This document shows, piece after piece, positions 47,082 to 56,433 of a stretch of DNA of 64,000 nucleotides (positions within the stretch are counted from its first letter, which is position 1; the number at the start of each line of letters is the position of its first letter). This DNA comes from Bacteroidales bacterium (lineage in GTDB: Bacteria > Bacteroidota > Bacteroidia > Bacteroidales > FEN-979). The DNA is taken from positions 19,736 through 83,735 of the forward strand of contig JBBRTX010000016.1 of assembly GCA_038244085.1 (NCBI GenBank), written 5' to 3'. The notes under the pieces were generated by a model that searched no databases, was not told where the DNA came from, and was given only the letters and a program-made list of their open reading frames with translations. The position numbers and the translations under genes are program-made.

Positions 47082-47110
47082 CCCCTCTCCGCTAAAGAGG
47101 GGCTTTTTTT
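47082..47110 (+). terminator. Rho-independent terminator after the adaptor gene
   Basis: Stem CCCCTCT/AGAGGGG (47082-47088 with 47096-47102) and a 7-nt loop, then C followed by a T7 run (47104-47110). Confidence 0.85.
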
Positions 47111-47119
47111 AAACAAATC

Positions 47120-47827
47120 ATGCCATTCATCCTGCACATAGAAACGGCCACGATCGTCTGTTCCGTTGCCTTGTCTCACGACGAAAACCTGATCAGCCGT
47201 AAGGAAAGTTCGGAAAAGAACTCACATTCTGCAAGCCTTACGCTTTTTATCGAAGAAGTCATGCAGGCAGCCGGAATTGCCCTGTCACAACTGAATGCCA
47301 TTGCGGTGAGCGAAGGACCGGGATCCTATACCGGATTAAGGATTGGTGTGGCGACAGCGAAGGGATTGTGTTATTCGCTGGATAAACCGCTCATCGGGGT
47401 TCCAACCCTGCAGTCCATGGCAAAAGGAATGGCGGATTTGTTCACACAACCTCCGTCGGGATTGCCTTTTTTGTTCTGCCCGATGATCGATGCCCGGCGA
47501 ATGGAAGTCTTTTCGGCCGTTTTTACGAGGGATAATGAACTGTTTCGCGAAGTGAAAGCCGAGATCATTGATGAAAATTCTTTTTCCGAATACCTGGCTT
47601 CCTACCATTTGATTTTTGCCGGAGATGGCGCCGAAAAGTGCAAGCCGATCCTTGAAAAACATCCCAATGTTTCATTCCTGAATCATTATGAATTTTCCGC
47701 AGCTTCCATGATCCCCATCGCCACGGCTAAATTCAGGAATAGCCAGTTTGAAGATGTTGCTTATTTTGAACCTGCATATCTGAAAGATTTCATCGCAGGT
47801 AAGCCCCGGGTCAAGGGATTGAGGTAA
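47120..47827 (+). CDS. tsaB: tRNA N6-threonylcarbamoyladenosine biosynthesis protein TsaB
   Basis: 235 aa with ILHIETATIVCSVAL...HSASLTLFIEEVM...VSEGPGSYTGLRIGVATAKGL. Confidence 0.85.
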   Translation: MPFILHIETATIVCSVALSHDENLISRKESSEKNSHSASLTLFIEEVMQAAGIALSQLNAIAVSEGPGSYTGLRIGVATAKGLCYSLDKPLIGVPTLQSMAKGMADLFTQPPSGLPFLFCPMIDARRMEVFSAVFTRDNELFREVKAEIIDENSFSEYLASYHLIFAGDGAEKCKPILEKHPNVSFLNHYEFSAASMIPIATAKFRNSQFEDVAYFEPAYLKDFIAGKPRVKGLR

Positions 47828-47846
47828 ATGGAAAAACAGAACCCTT

Positions 47847-48257
47847 TCACGATCTGAATAATCTTCTGTCGAGCGAATATCGTCCTGCTCCCGAAAGCAT
47901 AATAAAGAAAAAAATGACAAGGTAAAGCGATGGTAACTCCTTGCCGGCATAAGGAAGGGTTTGATGAACCACAAAGAATATTACCGCGAAGTTTATTACA
48001 AGGGGAATTGCCGCCAGCCTGGTAAAGAGGCCGAGTATGATCAGGATGGCACAAACGAATTCGGCAAAAGTGGCCATGATCATGGATGGAACAACCCCCA
48101 AACCAACCGGATTGGCAAATTGAATGGGCCGTTCGGTAAAAAGCTTGATCAGTTTCGGAATTCCATGGGTAAGCATGGCCGAACCCACTACAACCCTCAA
48201 TACAAGCAGACCAAGGTCCACGGCGGCATTGTTGATTTTACTCGAGAAAATTTTCAT
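47847..48257 (-). CDS. DoxX-family membrane protein
   Basis: 136 aa with 4 TM helices and the DoxX-like pattern LLVLRVVVGSAMLTHGIPKL...FAEFVCAILIILGLFTRLAA. Confidence 0.7.
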   Translation of the reverse strand: MKIFSSKINNAAVDLGLLVLRVVVGSAMLTHGIPKLIKLFTERPIQFANPVGLGVVPSMIMATFAEFVCAILIILGLFTRLAAIPLVINFAVIFFVVHQTLPYAGKELPSLYLVIFFFIMLSGAGRYSLDRRLFRS

Positions 48258-48281
48258 AGATTGCTTTTTAATATTTGGAAA

Positions 48282-48869
48282 CTACTTCATCAAAATCTTT
48301 ACCAGGACGATTTCTGTCTTGGTTAATGAATGAAAGTTAAGGATTTCCGATGAATCCTCCTGATAAACCATCAGCAGATCTCCTTCTTCCAGCACCAATT
48401 CACCGGAAGGAACCTCCGTCTTCATTTTACCCTTAAAAATGTACACTCCGAAAATAGTAAAATCTTCCCTCCATTCAATTTCCTGCTGCACTCCTTCCTC
48501 TAAATACATCCCGGTGACGCTTCCGGTCGTCTCTCCCCGGGTCATCAGGTTGAAATCGGTACAGCGGCCATAACTTCGGGTTTGCCAGTCACCGGAAAAG
48601 GCATCCGTGTCAAACTTCTTAAGGTAACCCGTGCGATGACCTGTATGCTCAAGCCGCATCGCGCCTTCCAGCACCATGATCTTTCTTTCAACACCCGGTA
48701 ACGAAGTAAAAAGTGTCGCTTCGAGTTCAACTGTTGAGGTACTAATCCGGAAATCGAACTTCAATTGCTGGTAAACGGAATTGACGGGATAAATGCTTAA
48801 TTCCGTGGTGGTTCCTCCGGGCCATGCGACAGCGAGGAGCTGGTTTCTCCTGTATAGTGAGATGCTCAT
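48282..48869 (-). CDS. HutD/Ves-family (cupin-like) protein
   Basis: 195 aa. The N-terminal ...AVAWPGGTTTELSIYP resembles the HutD W-x-G-G-x-T-x-E motif. Assigned by eye only. Confidence 0.5.
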   Translation of the reverse strand: MSISLYRRNQLLAVAWPGGTTTELSIYPVNSVYQQLKFDFRISTSTVELEATLFTSLPGVERKIMVLEGAMRLEHTGHRTGYLKKFDTDAFSGDWQTRSYGRCTDFNLMTRGETTGSVTGMYLEEGVQQEIEWREDFTIFGVYIFKGKMKTEVPSGELVLEEGDLLMVYQEDSSEILNFHSLTKTEIVLVKILMK

Positions 48870-48896
48870 TTGATAAACTTCATTACAAATTTATTG

Positions 48897-48904
48897 TAAT
48901 TTTG
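48897..48904 (+). promoter_or_regulatory. -7 box (TAATTTTG) abutting the ispG start codon
   Basis: TAnnTTTG match with 5 nt between the motif and the ATG at 48910, implying a leaderless or near-leaderless mRNA. Confidence 0.35.
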
Positions 48905-48909
48905 TCAAT

Positions 48910-50079
48910 ATGATCTATTCAAGATTTAAGACAAACGTCGTAAAAATCGGTGATTTACCGTTGGGAGGCGATTACCCGATCAGGGTCCAGTCGATGACCA
49001 ACACCGACACGATGGACACGAAAGCCACGGTGGAACAGAGCATCCGGATGATTGAGGCAGGGTGTGAATATGTCCGCATTGCGGTTCCGGGGATGAAAGA
49101 AACGGAGAACCTCCGCGAAATAAAAAAAGCGTTGCGTCTTCGCGGTTTTACCACGCCCCTGATCGCCGATGTTCATTTTAATCCGAAACTGGCCGAGTTG
49201 GCTGCCACGATTGTTGAAAAGGTAAGGATCAATCCCGGGAACTATACCGATAAAAAGAACGGAAAGGCTGAATGGACCGAACAGGAATACCGGGAAGAAC
49301 TGGAGAAGATCTCTGAAAGGATTCATCCGCTGCTCAGGATTTGCCAGGAAAACGGTACTGCCATCCGCATCGGCACCAATCATGGATCGTTATCTTTAAG
49401 GATCATGGCCCGGTATGGTGATACCCCGGAAGGGATGGTTGAATCGACCCTCGAATTTGCCAGGATCTGCAGGAGCCATGGCTTTCACAACCTTATTGTT
49501 GCCATGAAGGCCAGCAATACCCGGGTGATGATTGCTGCAAACCGGCTGCTGGTGGAGAAAATGAAAGCAGAAGGGCTGAGTTATCCCATTCACATAGGCG
49601 TTACTGAAGCCGGTGCCGGTGAAGACGGCCGTATCAAGAGCGCGGTCGGCATCGGCAGCCTGTTATCCGACGGTATCGGGGATACCATCCGCGTTTCCAT
49701 CACCGAAGATCCTGAATTCGAGATTCCTGTCGCTTACGCGATTCTGCAGGCCACCGGTGTGAGGATCACAAAAACGGAATTCATCTCCTGCCCGTCCTGC
49801 GCGAGAACGCAGTTCAACATCCAGGAAACCCTCCGCCAGATCAAGGAAAAAACCGGTCACCTTATAGGTTTAAAGATTGCTGTAATGGGCTGTATTGTCA
49901 ATGGCCCGGGAGAAATGGCCGATGCGCATTATGGATACGTGGGCGCCGGAAAAGGGGAAGTGATGCTGTACAAAGGCCAAACCCTTGTAAAGAAAAACAT
50001 TGCCGAAGCCGTGGCGGTAGATGAACTCATCCAACTGATCCGCGAAAACGGCGATTGGAGAGAAAAAAATAATGGTTAA
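48910..50079 (+). CDS. ispG: 4-hydroxy-3-methylbut-2-en-1-yl diphosphate synthase (flavodoxin)
   Basis: 389 aa with IRVQSMTNTDT, NPGNY, and C-terminal cluster cysteines SCPSCARTQ ... MGCIVNGPGE. Confidence 0.92.
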   Translation: MIYSRFKTNVVKIGDLPLGGDYPIRVQSMTNTDTMDTKATVEQSIRMIEAGCEYVRIAVPGMKETENLREIKKALRLRGFTTPLIADVHFNPKLAELAATIVEKVRINPGNYTDKKNGKAEWTEQEYREELEKISERIHPLLRICQENGTAIRIGTNHGSLSLRIMARYGDTPEGMVESTLEFARICRSHGFHNLIVAMKASNTRVMIAANRLLVEKMKAEGLSYPIHIGVTEAGAGEDGRIKSAVGIGSLLSDGIGDTIRVSITEDPEFEIPVAYAILQATGVRITKTEFISCPSCARTQFNIQETLRQIKEKTGHLIGLKIAVMGCIVNGPGEMADAHYGYVGAGKGEVMLYKGQTLVKKNIAEAVAVDELIQLIRENGDWREKNNG

Positions 50080-50101
50080 TTGTTAATGATTAATTGTTAA
50101 T
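50076..50101. repeat. Tandem 12-mer TTAATTGTTAAT x2 (14-nt period)
   Basis: Copies at 50076-50087 and 50090-50101 are separated by GA. The ispG TAA stop lies in copy 1 and the stop of the convergent four-helix-bundle ORF lies in copy 2. Confidence 0.8.
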
Positions 50102-50356
50102 ATGCAATTTGACTGATTTGATGATGCTTGTTAAAATCTTGATTATTTCTACTGAATCATTGTTGATACTTTGAAATTGTTCATTGGATAAATAATCCGT
50201 TTTGTTGAGTAATTCGAGCCAATAGATACTTTCATTAATTTCTTTTTGAGCGATTGCCATTTTGTGTTTGAAATCTGCTTTACTTTCAGCATGTACAGCC
50301 TCACGAACCAATGCACCGATAGCAGTTCCGCCTCTTAAAAGTTGTTTCGATAACAC
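50090..50356 (-). CDS. Four-helix-bundle protein (23S rRNA intervening-sequence protein family), N-terminally truncated
   Basis: 88 aa with a GTG start. QLLRGGTAIGALVREA...KADFKHKMAIAQKEINESIYWLELL matches the helix 2-4 pattern of this family. Family-like residues (NKFLKEF) continue upstream to an in-frame TAG, so helix 1 is missing. Confidence 0.55.
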   Translation of the reverse strand: MLSKQLLRGGTAIGALVREAVHAESKADFKHKMAIAQKEINESIYWLELLNKTDYLSNEQFQSINNDSVEIIKILTSIIKSVKLHINN

Positions 50357-50700
50357 AAACTCCTTTAAGAATTTATTACAATTTCTAAACTAAAAGTATT
50401 AGGTGGAGTAGTATTGTTCAGATTCAGAATAATTAATCGTTTCAGCAACCCAAATGTGGCTTTCTATCAAGGTATAAAAACGCCCGAGCAGCCTTGCTCA
50501 ATTAAGCCACCTTTTCCTGATACAAATGCTTCTGAAACGCTTTATTATCAGCGGAATATCTATACTCCGTCAAGATTTATAATGTGTGACGAGCCGCTTT
50601 ATTTATTAGTAAGATTTACCGTCATCCCGACGCACGAGGGATCTGGTGGAAACAAACAGATAAATATTTTATTAGTTGAATGAAAGAGAGAATAAATGAG

Positions 50701-50734
50701 GTGATCTAAAAAACTGGACAGTTTTTTAGATCAC
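50701..50734 (-). terminator. Perfect 15-bp stem / 4-nt loop hairpin after the T9SS-cargo gene
   Basis: GTGATCTAAAAAACT-GGAC-AGTTTTTTAGATCAC, 18 nt downstream of the stop at 50753. The stem contains an A6/T6 run and the tail on the minus strand is moderately U-rich (CUCAUUUAUU). Confidence 0.6.
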
Positions 50735-50752
50735 TTCAAGTGCTTTTCCATT

Positions 50753-52240
50753 TCAGTTTGAAATAATGATTTTTTTGAAACTGTTTTGGCCTTTATTAGT
50801 CATAATATGCACAAAGTATATACCCTCGGCAAATTTGGAAACATCCAAAGTATAATTGTTCTGATTTATGTGGTTTACTTGTTTCATGCTCACTCCCAAT
50901 TGGTTTGTGACTGTCAAAGCAGAGATGGTAAAATCGGATGAAATGTTAATGTTTTCTCTGGCAGGCACCGGGAAAATGTTCAGTTGGCCGACAAATGCAG
51001 AAGCCTCAATTCCTACAATAGCAGGATCTTCAAAAATGTAGGCGGAACCTGCCCGGTCTATTGTGTTTTCACCATTTTCATCCTCGTCTTCCCAGGTTGC
51101 TCCCACAATCAATTGGCCGTTATACATTTCAAAATTCCATCCATAAAAGTCTTCGGGAGCCAGGTCCAAGCTCGATACTTTTTGAATTTCATTCCATACA
51201 CCGGCATCATCTTTTGAGTAGACATACACTTCCCCTTCCTGGAAACCATAGGGGTGGGGTGCACTCACGACCAAACGGTTATTTTCAATTTTGCAGTTCC
51301 ATCCATAATTAGCTTCGCTTGAGGGGGTAGATGCTGTTATTTTTTGTATTTCGCTCCAATTCCCCGAACCATCTTCCTTAAAAATATAGGTAGCCCCCGT
51401 TCCACCATTATCTCCATAAGCACCTACGGCAATAAGTCCGTTATCAATACTAACTGAACACCCAAAATAGGCTTGCGAATTGCCATCAGATGCTACAATT
51501 TTTTGAACATGGACCCAGTTGCCGCTCCCATCTTTGCTGAAAATATGAACAGCCCCATATGTGTTATCTTCTTCACTGGCCCCAACAACCAGGTAATCAC
51601 CTGAGATGTCGACCCCTATCCCGAAGGCATCATTTGCCTGGGGATTGGGGCTCATTAATTTTTGAGTCTGGATCCATACTCCTCCTGTTTTATCAAAGAT
51701 GTACACGCTGCCTATCCAGCCGTTTTCACCAGGTGCCCCTGCCACTATGGTATTATTTTCCACAGCAAGGCTGGTTGGGTTCATTCCCATTTTTGCATCA
51801 CCACTAAAATCGTTGGCTACCAGTTTGGTGCTGTATTCCCAGGTTAAACCGTTAAGATTGTAAACATAGAGTGCACCAGCTCGGATTACACCCTGTACAT
51901 CGGCCCTACCCGCGGCAATGACTATGTTGTTTTCCGTGATTTTAGCGCCACCGCCAAACTCAGCCCCAGCATTTGGGTCAGGTGCTGTAAAAGTTTGGAG
52001 ATAGGCCCAATGTCCGGTACCATCTTTTTGGTATACGTAAGCGTTACCGGAAGCCACATTTTCACGGGAAGCGCCAACTACCGCAAAGTTATTGCGTATT
52101 GCCACCGAGGTTCCGTATTCAGCCCGTGCCTCCCTGTTGGCGCTCACAATTTTTGCAGTTTGGCTATATTGGGCATTTGCGCTTGTAAAGCAAAATAAAC
52201 TGGCAGTAACCAATAGAGGAAGAGTAAATAGTTTTTTCAT
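50753..52240 (-). CDS. Secreted FG-GAP/beta-propeller repeat protein with a T9SS C-terminal sorting domain
   Basis: Signal peptide from the ATG at 52240 (MKKLFTLPLLVTASLFCFTSANAQ). At least 7 repeats of the FG.S....G......GA......G..Y.F type. The C-terminal ~80 aa (IFPVPARENINI...GIYFVHIMT...KIIISN) is a type-A Por/T9SS CTD. The track ORF is extended 40 codons upstream. Confidence 0.8.
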   Translation of the reverse strand: MKKLFTLPLLVTASLFCFTSANAQYSQTAKIVSANREARAEYGTSVAIRNNFAVVGASRENVASGNAYVYQKDGTGHWAYLQTFTAPDPNAGAEFGGGAKITENNIVIAAGRADVQGVIRAGALYVYNLNGLTWEYSTKLVANDFSGDAKMGMNPTSLAVENNTIVAGAPGENGWIGSVYIFDKTGGVWIQTQKLMSPNPQANDAFGIGVDISGDYLVVGASEEDNTYGAVHIFSKDGSGNWVHVQKIVASDGNSQAYFGCSVSIDNGLIAVGAYGDNGGTGATYIFKEDGSGNWSEIQKITASTPSSEANYGWNCKIENNRLVVSAPHPYGFQEGEVYVYSKDDAGVWNEIQKVSSLDLAPEDFYGWNFEMYNGQLIVGATWEDEDENGENTIDRAGSAYIFEDPAIVGIEASAFVGQLNIFPVPARENINISSDFTISALTVTNQLGVSMKQVNHINQNNYTLDVSKFAEGIYFVHIMTNKGQNSFKKIIISN

Positions 52241-52553
52241 TTGATAAGAATTAATTTTTGTTAATACAATTGGTTCTTTGTAAAGATGAGTGGATGAAGT
52301 AACTGAATAAAAACTAAAGTTAAGCAAAATGTTTGTTAACCCAGAAAAAAATATTCGCAAAACCTTGATGGTTCAAAAGCCGTAGTCTGTTCATGAGATA
52401 AAATTTGACCAGCTTCACACAAGTTCAATATATTCCAATATTTAATAAAATGAATTTAATGAGTCCTGCCATAAGGGTTCAAAGGATTATTCTTTAAATG
52501 CTTGTTTAAGGGACTTAAGTTTTTAATCACATTATCTGTCATTTCATTCGCCA

Positions 52554-53495
52554 TTAATCATTCCCCGTAACCACTCTCAAACTCCTTGGCAGCATCTCAA
52601 AAACGAAAGGCGAATGTCCGAGTGATTCCCCATCGGCTTCAAGGTAGATCCGGGCGGTTGAGCGAATCCTGACGGATTTCCCGCGAAAAGTTTTCACGAA
52701 ATCGAGTTTCACCAATGTTCCATCGTACAATTTCCGGGCATATCTTATCACCATCCATTTTGGCGCCTTGCGGATCAGCGTGACATCGAATAACCCGTCG
52801 TCGGGAATGGCAAAAGGGACCTGCATCATCCCGCCACCGTTGTATTTGCAGATGCCGACGTTCATGGAGAAAATCTCTCCCTTAAAGACCGGTTCGTCAT
52901 CCACCTCGATGATGGCCTCCGGAAAGACGAACTGAAGCAGGCTGGTAAAGATGAAATAGAAATAAGTAAAAGGTCCGCCATGGCCTTTGTCTTTCAGCAC
53001 ATTGGTCTTCTTGGCTACCAGGGCATCGTAACCCATCCCGGCGATGTTCATGAAATAGCGGATCTGATGGACTTCCTTTTTGAAATAGCTGATCCGGCCT
53101 GTATCCTGTAAAACCGAATTCTTCTTTTTCAGGATCTTTATGGCCTCCTTGTAATCGAATGGGATGGAAAAGGTGCGGCACCAGTCATTTCCGGTACCCA
53201 CCGGGATCATACCCAGCGTGATCTCTTCGGTCGGAACGGTTTGTTGAAGGAAAATGCCATTCACCACCTCGTTCATCGTCCCATCTCCCCCTACCACGAT
53301 GATGTTCCTGAATCCTTTCCCGATGCGGTCGATCGTGATCTGATTTGCATGATTGCGGTGTTCGGTAAGGAGATATTCGAAATCCAGCCCCTCATCCTTT
53401 AGCATTGGCAGGATCTTCGGCCAGTCGCGGGATCCTTTCTTTACCCCGGCATTGGGATTCACGATCACCAACCATTTATCATTCGTTTCCATCAT
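52554..53495 (-). CDS. Diacylglycerol/lipid kinase (YegS/BmrU family)
   Basis: WLVIVNPNAGVKKG and IIVVGGDGTMNEVVNG motifs. The start is taken at the ATG pair 53492/53495 (MMETNDK...). It overlaps the AsmA-like stop by about 15 nt, and the track ORF is over-extended. Confidence 0.85.
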   Translation of the reverse strand: MMETNDKWLVIVNPNAGVKKGSRDWPKILPMLKDEGLDFEYLLTEHRNHANQITIDRIGKGFRNIIVVGGDGTMNEVVNGIFLQQTVPTEEITLGMIPVGTGNDWCRTFSIPFDYKEAIKILKKKNSVLQDTGRISYFKKEVHQIRYFMNIAGMGYDALVAKKTNVLKDKGHGGPFTYFYFIFTSLLQFVFPEAIIEVDDEPVFKGEIFSMNVGICKYNGGGMMQVPFAIPDDGLFDVTLIRKAPKWMVIRYARKLYDGTLVKLDFVKTFRGKSVRIRSTARIYLEADGESLGHSPFVFEMLPRSLRVVTGND

Positions 53496-56364
53496 CTTCC
53501 TCTTTGGAATTCTTAATCTTTTCAAGCAGATCCGGGGAGAGTTCATCCGAATAGACCGACTCTTCCAGGTTTTCATCATTATTACCCCGGCCGTATTTGA
53601 ATTTTGGCTGATCTGTCGTACCCAGGATTCGCATCGGGATGCCAATAATGCCCAATGGCGGAAGGCCCAGCCGGGTTTTAAGGTTCAGTTTCCCGTCAAA
53701 ACTGGTCTCCCCGCTGATTCTGAGCCGGAATCCCGAAATTTTCATCTTGGTTTGCTCAAGGGTGATGATGTTGTTCTTGATGGTTGTCTTCAACTCAACC
53801 TTAGAAAGATCAGGGTTTTTAATCTTTTCCTTCCCCAGGTTGGAGCTCATCGCGGTAAACAATGCCATACCCATGACCTTCACTTTTTTCACTGAAAGCA
53901 CGCCGCCACCCTCCAGCGACGGGTATATCGGGTTCATCCCGGCATCCAGCTTTCCTTTCAGGGAATAGTCAAGCGAAACAATGCCTTCACATTTTTCGGC
54001 CGAAGCTACGAGATTCCTGAAGAGTTCAATTTCGTTGTATGCCCGTTTAATGTCGAATTCATCCGCATTCACATGAAAATCAAAAGAAGCTTTCTGGTTC
54101 CCGGTATTCTGGTAACTGGCCTCCATGCCGGCTTTGCAGCCGACAATTTCAAATTTCATGTTCTTCAGGGCCAGTATGCCTTTATTCATCTCAATCGCCG
54201 CAAGGAAATTCGTGATGTCGGTCTTCTCAAAGCGGATCTTCCGGAGATCCGCATTCAGGGTGATGTCCAGGTCGGGAGGAATAACGATCACACTGATGGG
54301 CGCCTCTTCTGCTGCTGAAGGTTTTGCAGCAACCGCAGCGGGTTTGAAAAATTCATCCACGAGAAGATAATCAGAATAGAATTTGAAATTGCCCTGAAGT
54401 ACCTGGTTTTTAGCAAGGAAATAATTCACCACGTTGCTGATGTTTCCGTTCAGCATGATATCCGATTTCCCATACCGGCTTTCGAATTTCTCAAACCAGA
54501 TGCTGTCGTTATGAAAGCGGAAAACTCCCGATTTCAACAGCAGTTGGTCAGGCAGGTAGGTAGTTTTGAAAGCGATATTTTTTAACCCGAGTGTACCGGT
54601 ATTGTGCAGCTTTCCATAATTCCCTGCCAGGGCATCACTTTGTCTTCCCTGCAGATTCAGGTTGGCGGATATAAACCCGTTCAGCTCCATCCCTTCCTTC
54701 GCAAACACTTTGTAAATATTGGCAATGTTGATAGAACCCTTCGCAAGGATTTTGTAATCCACGTTGTCGGGATTGGCGATTTCTGCCGTGAGCCGGAAAG
54801 GATTTCCTTCGAACAGGAACGACAACTCATCCACTTTCACCTTTGTCCCTTCCACCTTACCCGAATTATTGGTAACCGTGGCCTGCAGGTTGATTTTTTC
54901 GATGGGACGCGGATAAAATTTCGTTTGGATTACGCCTCCGTTCAGGGTGAGAACGGCATTTGTTACCGGGAACAATTTTTTCTGCGGATTATATTTCCCG
55001 TTGATACTGATTTCCAATCCCAGCATTCCCTGGAGATTCAGGCTGTCGATGGGGACAACTTTTTGCAGTTCGGCAAGATCCACCCGGGTGGAAATTTTAC
55101 TTTCGACAGGCAGATCTTCCAGCCCTTTAATCCTGAAATAGCCTTCCAGGTGATTCTTCATGACGGAAGCCTTGATGTTTTCCAGCTGAAGGTTGATCGT
55201 CCGGTAGTCATGATTGGTGGATGAAGCGGTCAGATCAAAAGAGATTCCCTCCATGCCATTTGGCAGACTTTTGAATTTGAAATAGCCGTTTTTAAGATTT
55301 GAGGAAAAGGTGAAATCCGGGATACTTAGCACGACGGTATCAGGCTTTTTGGAAGCAGGGTTTTGCCCGGTGATATATTCCCCGGAAGCATTCAGTTTCA
55401 GCCGGAAGGCACCTTTCATGTCATAGTCCTTCACATCCAACCGCTTCGCCCACTTTTCCAGCTCCAGACTGATGTCGCTTTTTACAGCAATCCATAAATT
55501 TTTATTCGCTACCAGGTAAACGGATCCGCTGATCCATTCATTCTGAAACATCGAATAGAGCGAAACAAAAAGGGAATAACCATCTTTCCGGAAATTCATC
55601 TCTCCCCTGAATTCGAAAGGAACATCCCTGATGGTAAAATCGTTCTTTTCGAACTTCATATCGAGCGAGTTCAGGTTAATGCTGGTGGTAAGTTTCGCCT
55701 TGACGGGTTTGGATTTGATATAACTCACCCGGTCGTAGACAAAATCCATCGAATCGATACTGATTTTCGACCGTAGTTTGAGGATATCGTTGCTGATGTT
55801 ACTGTTTCCTTTGTAATCCAGGCCGAAGAACGCCAGCTTTAAGGGTATCGATGGATCCGAATAGACAAAATCAGTCCGCGCAAAACTGATGTCTTCAATC
55901 TGCAGGTCGGCAGATCCGGAAGAGGTTGTATCGGCGGTTTTGGTAGAGCCGGATGAGGTTTTGTAAACGTCGAAATTGGATAATCCTTTATCATTGTACT
56001 GAATGATAACCCGTCCCCGGTTCAGGTAAACTTTTGAGATCCGGATCGGGCCTTTGAAAAGGCTTACGAGATCGACTCCAAAAGAGATGTCTTTTGCACT
56101 GATTAGCGTATCGTCCGAAAAGGGAGCGGAAGATTTCAGGTAGAAGTTGGTCAGGGAGATGGTCAGGTGCGGAAAGTGCTTGAAGAAGGAAACCTCCATA
56201 GAGGAGAAGTTCATCTCCGTTTTTAAAGATTTCCGGGCCGTGTTTTTCACGATTTCCGCAAATTTTTCTCTGAAAAGAAAAGGAGAACAGATCAGGAGGA
56301 TCAATATCATCGCCAGGATGGAAATCGTAATACCTGAAATCTTAATAAATTTTCGCATCAACAA
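53479..56364 (-). CDS. AsmA-family outer-membrane biogenesis protein
   Basis: 961 aa with one N-terminal TM anchor (ISGITISILAMILILLI), then a long beta-rich region and a conserved C-terminal part. This is typical AsmA/TamB-like architecture. Confidence 0.7.
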   Translation of the reverse strand: MLMRKFIKISGITISILAMILILLICSPFLFREKFAEIVKNTARKSLKTEMNFSSMEVSFFKHFPHLTISLTNFYLKSSAPFSDDTLISAKDISFGVDLVSLFKGPIRISKVYLNRGRVIIQYNDKGLSNFDVYKTSSGSTKTADTTSSGSADLQIEDISFARTDFVYSDPSIPLKLAFFGLDYKGNSNISNDILKLRSKISIDSMDFVYDRVSYIKSKPVKAKLTTSINLNSLDMKFEKNDFTIRDVPFEFRGEMNFRKDGYSLFVSLYSMFQNEWISGSVYLVANKNLWIAVKSDISLELEKWAKRLDVKDYDMKGAFRLKLNASGEYITGQNPASKKPDTVVLSIPDFTFSSNLKNGYFKFKSLPNGMEGISFDLTASSTNHDYRTINLQLENIKASVMKNHLEGYFRIKGLEDLPVESKISTRVDLAELQKVVPIDSLNLQGMLGLEISINGKYNPQKKLFPVTNAVLTLNGGVIQTKFYPRPIEKINLQATVTNNSGKVEGTKVKVDELSFLFEGNPFRLTAEIANPDNVDYKILAKGSINIANIYKVFAKEGMELNGFISANLNLQGRQSDALAGNYGKLHNTGTLGLKNIAFKTTYLPDQLLLKSGVFRFHNDSIWFEKFESRYGKSDIMLNGNISNVVNYFLAKNQVLQGNFKFYSDYLLVDEFFKPAAVAAKPSAAEEAPISVIVIPPDLDITLNADLRKIRFEKTDITNFLAAIEMNKGILALKNMKFEIVGCKAGMEASYQNTGNQKASFDFHVNADEFDIKRAYNEIELFRNLVASAEKCEGIVSLDYSLKGKLDAGMNPIYPSLEGGGVLSVKKVKVMGMALFTAMSSNLGKEKIKNPDLSKVELKTTIKNNIITLEQTKMKISGFRLRISGETSFDGKLNLKTRLGLPPLGIIGIPMRILGTTDQPKFKYGRGNNDENLEESVYSDELSPDLLEKIKNSKEEDDGNE

Positions 56365-56433
56365 TTGGTTTCTGGAAAACGAAAGTAGGGAAAAAACGGA
56401 TTACTACAAGCTCGTTGTCAAGATGAGTAAGTT

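Noticed and set aside
50414-50683. 89-aa plus-strand ORF in the AT-rich spacer after the four-helix-bundle gene.
   Set aside because: It has no recognisable motif or -7 box and sits in a region that looks like decaying insertion DNA. It is treated as non-coding.
52241-52360. Upstream extensions of track ORFs. These are 40 codons on the T9SS-cargo gene, and likewise 53496-53645 on the lipid kinase, 58531-58596 on the O-antigen-ligase-like gene, 19677-19736 on hdrC and 10052-10084 on the transporter.
   Set aside because: The extensions lack family similarity, overlap upstream genes or promoter boxes, or precede an obvious signal peptide or conserved N-terminus. The internal ATG starts are preferred.
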